DNA from: Candidatus Sumerlaeia bacterium
Lineage (GTDB): Bacteria > Sumerlaeota > Sumerlaeia > SLMS01 > JANRJK01
Length of the DNA stretch: 64,000 bases
Direction: 5' to 3'
NCBI GenBank assembly: GCA_033764015.1
Contig: JANRJK010000017.1
Span: forward strand, 75,202-139,201
Shown here piece after piece: positions 46,712 through 57,026 of this stretch (position 1 is its first letter; each line of letters begins with the position of its first letter). A model generated the notes under the pieces. The model was not told the DNA's origin. It was given only the letters and a program-made list of their open reading frames with translations, and ran no database searches. Made by a program: the position numbers and the translations under genes.

Positions 46712-47949
46712 GCCGGATTCGCCTGCCGCGCCGCGGCGAGCAGGTCCGCCGCCGACATCCCCTTGAACGAGGCGATCCGTTCGATCGTCTCGCCGATGGC
46801 GCGGTTGGGGGTGCTGGCGCCCGCGGTGATGCCGAGGGTGAAGTGACCCTCCGGAAGCCAGCCGTCGACGAGGAGCAGATCGTTCTGCTTCGGCGGCTTG
46901 TGGCGGAGCTCCTTGGCGGAGAGCAGCTCCGCGGCGTCGCTAATGTGGTAGGTGGGGCACTTCTCGAGCCCCATGATCACCAGGTTGTTCGTGTTCGACG
47001 AGTTATAGCCGCCGACCACCAGCATCAGGTCGATCCTCTCCTCGTCGAGAAGCGTCCGGATCGCGTCCTGCCGGTCCTGGGTGGCGGAGCAGATCGTGTC
47101 GAAGCTGCGGAAGTGCTCCGGCAGCGCCGCGGCGCCGTAGCGGTCCTTCATCGCGTCGCCGACCAGGCGCGCGATTTCGAGGGACTCGCTGGCGAGCATC
47201 GTCGTCTGGTTCGCGACGCCGATCCTTGCGAGGTCGCGGGCGGGGTCGAACCCCTTGCTCAGGCCGAGCTTGAGCGTGTCGAGCACTTCGCGGGCGTCGC
47301 GCTGGCCGCGGATGAACCCGCAGACCAGTTCCGCCTGCGGAAGGTCTCGGACCACGATGTAGGGGCCGCCGTTGTTCGAGGCGTGGCTCGTGGTCGCGAT
47401 CGTCTCCTCGTGGTAGAACTTCCCGTGGATCAGCGAGGTGAAGCCGTCCTTGGCGTACTTCTCCACCCGCTTCCAGACGTGGACGACGGAGCCGCAGGTG
47501 GTGTCCACGATGATGCAGCCGCGGGACTTGTAGCGCTCCAGCTCCTCCACGCTGACGCCGAAGGCGGGGATCAGGACCACGTCCTCGGGCTGGATGTCGT
47601 CGATGGCGACGCCGCACTTGTGGTCGCCGGTGAGGAACTCGATCCCCATTTCGCGCATGCGGGCGTTCACGCGGGGGTTGTGGATCAGCTCCGTGGTGAG
47701 GAACAGGCGCCGGTCGGGGAACTTGCGGCGCGCCTCGTAGGCCATGTCGATGGCCTTGTCGACCCCGTAGCAGAAGCCGAACTCCTTGGCGAGGCGGACG
47801 GAGAACGCCGGGGTGTCGAGGCGCTGGCCGTTGGCGCGCAGCTCGTCGACGATGGCGCTGTGGTAATCGCCCGCGACCTCCCCCTCGATCTCCTTCTTCA
47901 GGCCTAGGGAAGACTTGTAGTAGCGCTGGTCAGCGGTCTGCTGGGTCAT
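46708..47949 (-). CDS. ispH: 4-hydroxy-3-methylbut-2-enyl diphosphate reductase
   Basis: GFCYGV, IHNP, DTTC, HEET, DTICSATQDRQ, GGYNSSNT, GITAGASTP. Confidence 0.93.
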   Translation of the reverse strand: MTQQTADQRYYKSSLGLKKEIEGEVAGDYHSAIVDELRANGQRLDTPAFSVRLAKEFGFCYGVDKAIDMAYEARRKFPDRRLFLTTELIHNPRVNARMREMGIEFLTGDHKCGVAIDDIQPEDVVLIPAFGVSVEELERYKSRGCIIVDTTCGSVVHVWKRVEKYAKDGFTSLIHGKFYHEETIATTSHASNNGGPYIVVRDLPQAELVCGFIRGQRDAREVLDTLKLGLSKGFDPARDLARIGVANQTTMLASESLEIARLVGDAMKDRYGAAALPEHFRSFDTICSATQDRQDAIRTLLDEERIDLMLVVGGYNSSNTNNLVIMGLEKCPTYHISDAAELLSAKELRHKPPKQNDLLLVDGWLPEGHFTLGITAGASTPNRAIGETIERIASFKGMSAADLLAAARQANPA

Positions 47950-48239
47950 CGGATCATCCTCATGGGAGGGGATGTTACGGCGGCGGCGCCGCCGATGCAA
48001 GGCGATGCGGCGGCCCGAGGACGGGGAAAGCGGAGCTCCGGGGTCCGCAAGTGTTCCGCCCGGATTCCCGGGCGCTGGTCCAATTCAGTTTCCCGGGAAG
48101 GAAATGCGATGGACTCGCCCCCCCGGCGGAATCCAGTATCCCGGGCAGTCGAAGCAGCCGGTACGGGGCGCGGGGACCGTTGACGTTCCGCCCGGGACGC
48201 CCCAGACCTATCCCGGACGAGGAGACCGCGATCGATCCG

Positions 48240-48821
48240 ATGGGACTATTGAACCCTTCAACTCGCTGGAGTTGCGCTTCCCTGTGGACGCGCCGCCGGA
48301 AGGGGTTTTCCTTCATCGAGGTCCTCGTTGTGCTCGCGATCATCACCATCGGCAGCACCATCGCCCTTTCCACCTACGCCGCGCAGGCCCGCCAAGCCTC
48401 GATCCAGACCACCAGCCAGCGCCTAAAGCGGGCCATGGTCTTCGCGAAGCAATACGCCGTCTCGAAGAACACCGAGGCCACGCTCTGGATCGACCTCGAC
48501 GAGCAGATTTTCTGGATCGACGAGACCCACCCGGCGGACGACCTGACGCTCGACCCGCCTCCGCCGCCGGTAGTGGCGAAGGTGCTAGAGCCGGAGCAGG
48601 TCCCCGTGCAGGCGGTCATCGACGAGGTCCGGGTGGGCAGCAGCCGGCCGACGAGGGCCGGTCGCGCCTTCGCCCGCTTCTCCTCCACCGGCGAGAACCC
48701 CTATTTCGGCGCCGCAGTGGTCCGCCGCGTCGACGACGCCTCCGACGCGGCGAAGGTGACCACCGTGCTGCTGCATCCCAACTCGAGCGACCCGCGGATC
48801 CTTCCGCGGCGCCGCTTCTAG
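48240..48821 (+). CDS. Minor pseudopilin (GspH/FimT-like)
   Basis: RRRKG|FSFIEVLVVLAII. Confidence 0.8.
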   Translation: MGLLNPSTRWSCASLWTRRRKGFSFIEVLVVLAIITIGSTIALSTYAAQARQASIQTTSQRLKRAMVFAKQYAVSKNTEATLWIDLDEQIFWIDETHPADDLTLDPPPPPVVAKVLEPEQVPVQAVIDEVRVGSSRPTRAGRAFARFSSTGENPYFGAAVVRRVDDASDAAKVTTVLLHPNSSDPRILPRRRF

Positions 48822-48830
48822 GGGGGGCAA

Positions 48831-49253
48831 GTGCGCGCGCGCCGCGGCTTCACCTTCACCGAGGTCCTGGTCGCCCTCCTGGTGTTCCTCATCGGCATCG
48901 TCGGCGTGTGGGCCGTGTTCCCGGCTGCGCTCAAGTCGGTGCGCGAGTCCTCCGCGAAGGGGCGCGCCATCCTCCTGGCGCAGCAGAAGGTCGAGGAGAT
49001 GCGCCGCGACGCGAACTTGGCGAACTCCCTGATCAACGAAATCTCGGCTCTCCCGGCGCCCTCGACAGCGCTGCCGATGCCCACGGACGACTCGCTCACC
49101 TACAGCTTCAGCGGCGAATCGCTGCAGTTCCCGGTCCCGGACGCCTCCGAGCCCGCCTCCACGCCCGGCGTTCCCCGCGTGATCGTCCGTTACGCGCCCG
49201 ATTTCCGCGACACGGAGCCGGTGCTGTACGAGCTGAGGTTCCTCGGACCATGA
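48831..49253 (+). CDS. Minor pseudopilin (GspI/PilV-like)
   Basis: RRG|FTFTEVLVAL, A..LAQQK.EE. Confidence 0.8.
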   Translation: MRARRGFTFTEVLVALLVFLIGIVGVWAVFPAALKSVRESSAKGRAILLAQQKVEEMRRDANLANSLINEISALPAPSTALPMPTDDSLTYSFSGESLQFPVPDASEPASTPGVPRVIVRYAPDFRDTEPVLYELRFLGP

Positions 49254-50215
49254 GGAACACGCTCCGCACCAGCCGCGCGGTGACCCTGACGGAACTCCTC
49301 GTCGCGATGGTGATCTCGGTCATCTTCGTGGGCAGCGTCGTCATGGTCTTCACCCTGACGCTCGACGCCTCCGACGAGACCCGCCGTTCGTCCGACGCCC
49401 ACAACCGCGCCCGCGCCGCCGCGGAGGCGATCACCCAGGACCTCAAGTTCCTCCAGGTGGATCCGCTCCTTGGCATCACCGCCGACACGCTCGTCCTCGT
49501 GGATCAGCCGCTCGCCTACGGCGACCTGGTCGACAACGACCGCGACGGATTCCTCGACGAGGAAACCGTGGATGGAGCGGACGACGAGCCGACGACCGAC
49601 TGGGTTGACCAGCACCAGGTGGTGAACTTCCGCACCGAGCGCTCCGCCTACGTCGGCTTTCCCGACCTCGGCGACCTCGGCGTGGACGACGACACGGTGT
49701 TCTCGCGGGACCAGGTCGCGTTCCTCCGCACGTTGGGCCCCTCCGCGATCCCCGGCGTGCCGATCCGCGAGCGCGTGGCGTACCGCATCGACACCTTCGA
49801 CGGTGAGGACAACGTCCTCGTCCGCGAGGTGACGACCTTCGACCCGAGCGTCTCGCCCGACGTGACGGTGCTGGAGCCAGTGGTGTTCGATGTGGTGAGC
49901 CTCGACATTCTTGCCTGGAACTCGAACACCGACGGATTTGTTCCGGTGCAGCCCTACTGGCTCACGGCGTGGGACTCGTCGGCCTTTCCGTTTGGAACCC
50001 GTCCGCTGAACGCCCCGCTCGGGGTGCCGCCGTTCGCCTACCCGACATCGTTCTTCGTCCGTGTGGTGGTGAGCGCCGAGAAGGTCCCGCTGGCGGAGAT
50101 CGGCCCCTGGTTCCTGCAGAACCGCCCCCTCAAGACCGAAACAGCGCAGACCGTGGTGAACGTCGAGTCCGTCCTCGGCAGCGCCGAATACGCCGTCTAT
50201 GTGAGGGACCCTTGA
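49250..50215 (+). CDS. Minor pseudopilin (GspJ/PilW-like)
   Basis: SRA|VTLTELLVAMVI, I.QDL, DNDRDGFLDEE acidic loop. Confidence 0.75.
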   Translation: MRNTLRTSRAVTLTELLVAMVISVIFVGSVVMVFTLTLDASDETRRSSDAHNRARAAAEAITQDLKFLQVDPLLGITADTLVLVDQPLAYGDLVDNDRDGFLDEETVDGADDEPTTDWVDQHQVVNFRTERSAYVGFPDLGDLGVDDDTVFSRDQVAFLRTLGPSAIPGVPIRERVAYRIDTFDGEDNVLVREVTTFDPSVSPDVTVLEPVVFDVVSLDILAWNSNTDGFVPVQPYWLTAWDSSAFPFGTRPLNAPLGVPPFAYPTSFFVRVVVSAEKVPLAEIGPWFLQNRPLKTETAQTVVNVESVLGSAEYAVYVRDP

Positions 50216-52632
50216 TGACGATCCGAGTGTACCGCGCGCGCCGCGGCTCGACGCTGCTGATCGTCCTCGGCGTCCTGTCGCTCTTCATCCTGCTGGTGAC
50301 GACCGTATCGCTTTCGGGCCGACTCGATTCGGTCGCCGCGGCGAACTACGGCGCGCAGGTGCAGGACCGCTTTTCGACGCTCACCGGCGTCGCGCGGACC
50401 GCCCGCGAGCTTGGCGCTTCGCTTCCGGAGGGCCCCTCCGCGGCGCTGCCCGCCCGCTTCGCTGGCGGGGTCTCGGCCTCCGCCGCCGACGGCGGGGTGC
50501 CCCCCGAGCTGCAGCCGCTCGCGCTCGGCGCGATGGCGCAGCTCCCCGGCGCCCGCGTCGAAGTCCGCGACGCCGCCGGCATGGTGAACCTCAACACCGC
50601 CCCCGAGCCCACCCTCCGCGCCCTGATCGCCCAGGTGGCCGCGCAGCGCGGCATCGCGGTCGACGCGGACTCGCTCGCGCGGGGTGCCGCCGCCTGGCGC
50701 CTCGGCCCCGACGGCGCACCCGGCGGGTCCGGCGTGGACGACGACGCGGACGAGCCCGAGCTGAACCGCCTCTCCCCCGACGCCGAGTCGGCCCTCGCCC
50801 GCCACGGCATGGCGCGCGACACGGTCCGCTCGCTCCACCAGCCCACCGACACGACCTTCCGCGGAGCCGCCCACATCGAGCGGGCCGAGCGCCTGCAGGA
50901 GCTCTTCAACGGCGTCGACGACCAGGACGAGTTCCTCGCCGACATCCGCCGCCCCGCCCATGGCGACGACCGGCGCTACCTCGCGGTGGAGGACCTCGGG
51001 CGAATCGAGGGCTTCACACCGGAACTCATCGAGGCGCTCCGCCCGCACGCGACGGTCTTCAGCGTCGCGCAGGAACTCCGCCCCGCCGCCGAAGGCGGTT
51101 GGAAGCCGCTCCTCGACCTGAACCGCGCCACCGTGGAGGAGATCCACTCCGCGCTCCGCGAGCTGTACGCCCACGAGGCGCCCGCCGGGACGCTCCCCGC
51201 CGAGGCCGCGCCCGGCGACGACGCGCTCCTCCAGTTCGCGCTCAACCTCGTGGACGCCCGCGATCCGGACCGCGTGCCGACGCGCCGCGCGGGCTCGGCG
51301 CCGGGCTCCGAGCTGTTCGGTTTCGAGCGCACGCCGCTCCTCACCGAGGCGTACACGCATCCCCGGCAGATCACGCTGCAGACTACCGACGGCCAGTTCG
51401 CCGCGATCCACAACCCGTGGCCCGAAGCGTTCGACCTCGCCGGCTGGTCGCTCCGCGGCGCGGGCGGCGAAGTGCCGCTCTCCGGCACGATCGCACCGCG
51501 CGGCTACCTGATCGTCACGAACGACAAGGACAACCGCAACGACTCCACCCCGGCCGCGGCGGGGGAGGGGTCGCTCTACGACATCTTCGGCGTGGCCGAG
51601 GTTCTGCCCGCGCGGCGCATCCTGGAAGCACGCCAGTTCCGCATGCCGAACCAACCCGGCGAGCACGAGATCGCCCTGACCGCCCCCGGCGGCGAGGTGG
51701 TGGACCGCTTCGCCTTCACGGTCACCGAGCGGCACGAAGCGGGCGTGGACTCGTTCCAGCGCGAAGCGCTCTTCTCGCGCGCCGTCACGCGCGGCCGGGC
51801 GCGCCTCTTCGCGGCGCCGAAGCAGCCGGTCGCCTCCGCGGAGGCGCTGGCCCGCCTTTCCCAGTACCCCCCCGACATGCCCTTCACCGCGACCACGCAG
51901 CTCTTCGACGTGCTGGCCGCCATCGGCCCCGGCTCCGAGCAGGAGGACGGCGTGCGGTTCCCGGCGCCCGGGCTCCGCCGCGGCGCGGACGCCGTCGGCG
52001 CCGAGTTGGACGCACGGCTGCTCGACATCTTCACGGTCGAAACGCGCGGACGCCGCCCGGCCGCGGACGTGGCGGCGAACCTGATGGACCAGGACGGCGA
52101 CGGCGAGCTGAACGACGCCAAGCGCCCCCGCCTAGATGAGTCCGCAAGCCCGCTCGCGGCTCCCACCAACTGGGAGGACTCGCGCGATCGCGGCTGGGAC
52201 CTCTACTTCGAGACACCGCTCGGGCTCCGACTCGGGTTGGTGAACCTCAACACGGCGTCGCGCGAGGTGCTGCGTTCGCTTCCGGGTGTCACCGCGGAGC
52301 AGGCTTCGCACATCCTCGAGCGCCGCAGCCGCGCGATGCTCCAAGGCGGCGGCGCGATGGTCTACTCGCGCCCCTCGGACCTGCTCGCGGACGCGCGGCT
52401 CTGGGAACTCGGCGGCGCGGAATCGGACGCGGAGCGGCTCGCCGCCTTCTCCGCGCTCTACGACGAGGCGACGTTCTCGACCCGCAGTTTTGTCCTTGTG
52501 GGCCGGGCTGGCGAGCAGCCTAATGAGTCAGGAAGCACCAGCCAACCGGCTATCGTCGAGGCCCTGGTCGCCACCGATCGGCTGGCGCCGCATGTGGTTG
52601 GCCTGAGGACCCGGCGGGAGGCGCGGCGCTGA
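50215..52632 (+). CDS. Large GspK/PilX-like pseudopilin with HhH-type motifs
   Basis: RRG|STLLIVL (no Glu5); VNLNTA twice, LRSLPGV, FSTRS; DQDGDG loop. Confidence 0.75.
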   Translation: MTIRVYRARRGSTLLIVLGVLSLFILLVTTVSLSGRLDSVAAANYGAQVQDRFSTLTGVARTARELGASLPEGPSAALPARFAGGVSASAADGGVPPELQPLALGAMAQLPGARVEVRDAAGMVNLNTAPEPTLRALIAQVAAQRGIAVDADSLARGAAAWRLGPDGAPGGSGVDDDADEPELNRLSPDAESALARHGMARDTVRSLHQPTDTTFRGAAHIERAERLQELFNGVDDQDEFLADIRRPAHGDDRRYLAVEDLGRIEGFTPELIEALRPHATVFSVAQELRPAAEGGWKPLLDLNRATVEEIHSALRELYAHEAPAGTLPAEAAPGDDALLQFALNLVDARDPDRVPTRRAGSAPGSELFGFERTPLLTEAYTHPRQITLQTTDGQFAAIHNPWPEAFDLAGWSLRGAGGEVPLSGTIAPRGYLIVTNDKDNRNDSTPAAAGEGSLYDIFGVAEVLPARRILEARQFRMPNQPGEHEIALTAPGGEVVDRFAFTVTERHEAGVDSFQREALFSRAVTRGRARLFAAPKQPVASAEALARLSQYPPDMPFTATTQLFDVLAAIGPGSEQEDGVRFPAPGLRRGADAVGAELDARLLDIFTVETRGRRPAADVAANLMDQDGDGELNDAKRPRLDESASPLAAPTNWEDSRDRGWDLYFETPLGLRLGLVNLNTASREVLRSLPGVTAEQASHILERRSRAMLQGGGAMVYSRPSDLLADARLWELGGAESDAERLAAFSALYDEATFSTRSFVLVGRAGEQPNESGSTSQPAIVEALVATDRLAPHVVGLRTRREARR

Positions 52633-52688
52633 TGTTGACGGTCCCGACGGCGCGTCCCATCTTTTCGACGTATGCGAAGGAGAATCGG

Positions 52689-53639
52689 ATGACTTCCTCC
52701 CAACGGCGACTCGACAGCGGCTTGCGCGCCACGCGGCGCGACCGGGGCTTCACGCTGGTCGAGCTCGTGATCGTGGGCGCGCTGATCGCGCTCTTCTCCG
52801 GACTCGCGGTGTTCAGCATCCAGACCCAGTTCCGCAACAACCAGCGCAAAGCCACGATCTACGAGGCCCGCCAGATCGCATCCGCGATGGACATGGCGAA
52901 CCTCGACACCGGCATCTTCCCGCGCGTCTGCTGGCTGATCGAAGGGCAGGCGGGCCTCGATTTCATCGGCACGCGCCTCTTCGGCGCCGCCGGCGCGCCG
53001 CAGATCTACAACTACATGGAGCAGAACGGACGCGACACCTTCGGCAAGGCGTTCGACATCTCCCAGAACTGGCGCGGGCCCTACGCCTCGCTTTCGCCGT
53101 CCCGCGCGGGCCTCGCCCAGGGCGTCGGCGGCATCGCCACGATGATCCTCCCGGAGCTGTCGAGCTTCCCCACCGGCGACCAGGGCTTCCGCTGGCCCGC
53201 CGATCCGTGGGGCAATCCGTACACCGTCTACATGCTCGATATCGTCCCGTCCACGGAGACGCTCCGCTTCATCAACGAAGACCCCGAGGTTGGCATCAAT
53301 CCGACCTCCAAGGGCAACTTCATCAACGCGGTGGTCAGCTACGGCCCGAACCGCGTGCCGGGTGGCGGCGACGCCGGCCCCGCGGCCGACATCAGCGACG
53401 TGAACGGGCCCGCCGGACTCTGCCTCTACGTGATCGGACCGGGTTTCACAAGCTTCACGCACCTCGACGACGCCGGGTTCCTCGGCGCCCCCGGCCTGCG
53501 CCGGGCCAACGCCTGGACCCGCGCGTTCTACCTCACCGCCGGATTCTCGGAGACGACGCTCCAGCCCGCCGCCGACGACATCAACCGCGGCGTCGGCATC
53601 ACGGACTCGGGCAGCGATGACATCATCTACGAATTCTGA
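52689..53639 (+). CDS. GspG-like pseudopilin 1
   Basis: RG|FTLVEL, WRGPY, DPWGNPY, SYGPN, DDIIYEF. Confidence 0.82.
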   Translation: MTSSQRRLDSGLRATRRDRGFTLVELVIVGALIALFSGLAVFSIQTQFRNNQRKATIYEARQIASAMDMANLDTGIFPRVCWLIEGQAGLDFIGTRLFGAAGAPQIYNYMEQNGRDTFGKAFDISQNWRGPYASLSPSRAGLAQGVGGIATMILPELSSFPTGDQGFRWPADPWGNPYTVYMLDIVPSTETLRFINEDPEVGINPTSKGNFINAVVSYGPNRVPGGGDAGPAADISDVNGPAGLCLYVIGPGFTSFTHLDDAGFLGAPGLRRANAWTRAFYLTAGFSETTLQPAADDINRGVGITDSGSDDIIYEF

Positions 53640-53667
53640 GGCACGCCGGACGGCAAGAGGACCACTG

Positions 53668-54459
53668 ATGGAGACTGGACGCATGCACGCTTTCGGACGC
53701 CACCCCCGGCGCGGCCTCACCGCGATCGAAATCGCGATGGTCGCCACGGTGCTCGCGATCCTCGCGCTCGTGATCCTCCCCGTGTACCGCCAGCGGACCG
53801 AGGAGGCCCGCAAGGCCGCCGCGCAGGACGAGCTCCGCTCGATCGTCAACATGATGATCCTCGTCGAAGCGGACCTCGAGAACTTCACGCCGCGCCTACA
53901 GGACCTCGACAACGTCGAGAACCTCGGCAGCGGCTTCGTCGACTCGAACCTGCGCTCGACCGAGCCCCCCTATGCGGAGTGGAACCGCACGCTCGGCTAC
54001 AATGTCGGCGGCACCGCCACTGCCCCGGACGAGCGCGCGACCAAGGTGGTCCCCAACTGGCGCGGCCCCTACCTCGCCGTGCGCCGCTTCGCGGAGATCC
54101 AGTCGATCGAGGCGCTCATCCCGGACGCGATCTATCCCGACGGGCCGATCTACGTCGTCGGCGCGAACGGCAACTCGCCGACCTACGACAACCCCGGTGG
54201 ATCCGCGATCACGGACGATCCCGCCGACCGCTACCCGGTCGATCCCTGGGGCAACCCGTACCTGCTCTTCGGCCGCGGGCGCCTCTCCGCCGACACGGAG
54301 TCGACCTTCAATTCGCGCGTGGTGTACACGACGGGTCCGGACGGCCTGCCGGGCGACGGCAGCGCGGGGACGTTCTACCTGCGGCGCGGCGACCGCTTCC
54401 TCTCGGGCGCGCAGCGGGGCATCCTCGGCACGGGCGACGATTATGAATTCATCTTCTAA
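53668..54459 (+). CDS. GspG-like pseudopilin 2
   Basis: RG|LTAIEI, WRGPY, DPWGNPY, TGPDG, GDDYEFIF. Confidence 0.82.
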   Translation: METGRMHAFGRHPRRGLTAIEIAMVATVLAILALVILPVYRQRTEEARKAAAQDELRSIVNMMILVEADLENFTPRLQDLDNVENLGSGFVDSNLRSTEPPYAEWNRTLGYNVGGTATAPDERATKVVPNWRGPYLAVRRFAEIQSIEALIPDAIYPDGPIYVVGANGNSPTYDNPGGSAITDDPADRYPVDPWGNPYLLFGRGRLSADTESTFNSRVVYTTGPDGLPGDGSAGTFYLRRGDRFLSGAQRGILGTGDDYEFIF

Positions 54460-54472
54460 AGGATCGCGCAAG

Positions 54473-55252
54473 ATGTCCCAGACGCGGCGCCGGGCGCACT
54501 CCGGCTTCTCCATCGTCGAACTGCTGATCGCGATCATCATCATCACGATCCTTGCGACGATCCTCATCCCGCTGATCGCGAAGCGCACCGAGGACGCCCG
54601 CAACGCCCGCGCGCTGAACGACCTCGAGAACATCGTCGAGGCCCAGCAGCGCGCGTCGGTGGACACCGGGTACTACGTCCGCCTCTTCGCGCTGAACGAC
54701 ACCTACGGCGGCACGCTGCCCTTCACGCGGCCCAACCCGCCGAACGGCTACATCGACGGCCTCGGCCAGTACGACGCGGCCGGCGGCTACTACCAGAACA
54801 TCGACAACTTCTTCATCGATCCGCAGTCGAACACGTTCCTCACGCCGCCCTCGCGCAACACCACGATCCGCCTGCGCATCAACAACAACGAAACGAACTA
54901 CGGGCCCTCTGAACTCTACCGCTGGGGCGGACCGTACCTGTCGTTCACGCGCGACAACAACCTGGCCTCCGGCGTCGTCGCCGCGGACGGCATCCCAGAC
55001 GATCCGTGGGGGAACAACTACCTGTTCTTCACGCGGCTGGGGCTGATCCTGGAGCCGCAGGGCTCGCTCGAGACAAACTCGGTTGCCCTCTCCTCGAACG
55101 GCAACTACACCAGCGGCGGCCCTTACGACGTGACCGGGTTCGACCGGCCGACCATCGCGTCGACCGGGCCGGACGGCACGCCGGGCGACGCGACGTCGGG
55201 CGCCACGACCTTCGGAGACGGCGACGACCTCTTCCGGTCGTTCGGACGCTGA
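54473..55252 (+). CDS. GspG-like pseudopilin 3
   Basis: SG|FSIVELL, WGGPY, DPWGNNY, STGPDG, GDDL. Confidence 0.82.
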   Translation: MSQTRRRAHSGFSIVELLIAIIIITILATILIPLIAKRTEDARNARALNDLENIVEAQQRASVDTGYYVRLFALNDTYGGTLPFTRPNPPNGYIDGLGQYDAAGGYYQNIDNFFIDPQSNTFLTPPSRNTTIRLRINNNETNYGPSELYRWGGPYLSFTRDNNLASGVVAADGIPDDPWGNNYLFFTRLGLILEPQGSLETNSVALSSNGNYTSGGPYDVTGFDRPTIASTGPDGTPGDATSGATTFGDGDDLFRSFGR

Positions 55253-55388
55253 TGGAATGACTTTTTCGCGGTGCCGCGAGGCGGGCGCGGTTGACGGTCC
55301 CGCAAGCCAGACCCAAGATGTACCTGTGGGGAAGGAAGCCGAAAACGCTCCGCTCCCGCACGGGCCAACCGATGGAGGATGCCATCCC

Positions 55389-56177
55389 ATGAAGCTTACG
55401 ATGCCGGCACGGCGCGCCGTCACCCTGACGGAAGTCCTTGTGGTCCTCGTGATCATCTCGCTGCTCGCGACGATCGCGGTTCCCACCTACGTGCAGAAGT
55501 TGCAGTTGGCGCGCGTCGCCATCGCGCGGCAGGAGCAGCGCGAGATCGTCCAGGCGCTCAACTCCGCCGCCGCCCTCCACGGCTACGTCGTGCCGCTCCG
55601 CGTGCTCGACAACGTCCCCAGCCGCGGCTCCGCTTCCCCCGAGGACGACTTCGTGGATGGCACCGTCACGGGCTCGTTCCTCATCGACCCCTTCCAGTCG
55701 GTCGACGCGCAGCTCGGCAACCAAGCCACGATCAGCGACACCGGCAACGCCCGCGTCGCGAACCTCGTGAACTTCTGGGCCGGCCCGTACCTCCAGCCGC
55801 AGCGCGTCTTCAACCCCAACTCCTCCTCGAACAACCCCGGCTCGCTCACGCGGCAGGAACTGGCGCGCGACTACATCCTCGATCCGTGGAACCGCCCCTA
55901 CCTCCTGTACAGCCCGCTCGGCCTCGTCGGCAACTACACCCCGCCCTCCAGCGCCTCCGGAGCCATCGACCCGACGACGTACCCGATCGACACCGACAAC
56001 GGCGTGCTCCGCACGGTCGAAGGCGCCCGTTTCGACCGCTGGGCGGTGCTCTCCCTCGGCCCCAACGGCTACAGCGACGGCGTGACCAGCACGCTCGCGG
56101 GCACCACGCCCGAAGACGACATCTTCTACGAGTTCAGCATCTCGATCGAGAACGAAACCGCCTACTCGCGCTTCTAA
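55389..56177 (+). CDS. GspG-like pseudopilin 4
   Basis: RRA|VTLTEVL, WAGPY, DPWNRPY, SLGPNG, DDIFYEF. Confidence 0.82.
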   Translation: MKLTMPARRAVTLTEVLVVLVIISLLATIAVPTYVQKLQLARVAIARQEQREIVQALNSAAALHGYVVPLRVLDNVPSRGSASPEDDFVDGTVTGSFLIDPFQSVDAQLGNQATISDTGNARVANLVNFWAGPYLQPQRVFNPNSSSNNPGSLTRQELARDYILDPWNRPYLLYSPLGLVGNYTPPSSASGAIDPTTYPIDTDNGVLRTVEGARFDRWAVLSLGPNGYSDGVTSTLAGTTPEDDIFYEFSISIENETAYSRF

Positions 56178-56231
56178 CAGCCCCACGGCGAACGCACCCG
56201 AGAAGACCACAACCCGACCGAGGACGCACCG

Positions 56232-56879
56232 TTGAACGGACCGCTTGACATCCGCCGCCGCAAGCCGCAGCCCGGCCTGACGCTGCTGGAAATCCTCGTC
56301 GTCCTCGTGATCCTCTCGCTCCTCGCCACCATGGCGGTCGGCGTGTACACGAAGGAAATCGTCCGCGCGCGCTACGCGAAGGCGCGCGCGGACATCGCCT
56401 CCCTCAGCATCGCCGTCAACCGCTACTACTCCGACCTCGGCACCTACCCGCCGGGCGGAAGCCGCACCCCGGCCCTCACCTCCGACGGGTCCGGCCTCCT
56501 CCAGCTCGCCCTGCGCTCCTCCATGTCGGGCGACATGAACAACCCCGCCTCTCCGCGCTGGCAAGGTCCCTACATCGAATGGGACTACCGCCAGTTCTCC
56601 GAAGCGGACGGCGCCCCCATCGACACCTCGACGGACCTCGGCGACCGCTCGTTCCGCGACCCGTTCGGCCAGCCCTACGCCTACGTCAACTTCCGCGACT
56701 ACTCGGGTCTTGACGGCACCGAACTCCCCGCATCGAATCCCTTCGCGGCGAACGAGACGTACTACAACCCCTCAAGCTTCCAGATCATCTCCTTCGGCGT
56801 GGACGGCGTCACGCTCCCCTCCCCGTCTCGGGGTCTCGACACGGACGACGTCACCAACTTCCAGGGGAGCGGCTTCTAA
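56232..56879 (+). CDS. GspG-like pseudopilin 5 (most canonical)
   Basis: PG|LTLLEIL, Y..D.G.YP, WQGPY, DPFGQPY, ISFG.DG, DDVTNF. Confidence 0.82.
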   Translation: MNGPLDIRRRKPQPGLTLLEILVVLVILSLLATMAVGVYTKEIVRARYAKARADIASLSIAVNRYYSDLGTYPPGGSRTPALTSDGSGLLQLALRSSMSGDMNNPASPRWQGPYIEWDYRQFSEADGAPIDTSTDLGDRSFRDPFGQPYAYVNFRDYSGLDGTELPASNPFAANETYYNPSSFQIISFGVDGVTLPSPSRGLDTDDVTNFQGSGF

Positions 56880-57026
56880 GCCGTTCCGCCTCCCAACCCA
56901 CGGCGTTGAAACCAGGGTAGCCGGCCTGCCCTGGATGGCCCCCCTAACCCGGGGGCCGTCCGAATTTTATGGCACCCCCCTCGCCGGAAGCGCAGTCTCG
57001 AACTTCCGCCCCCGAGGAGGCCTCCA

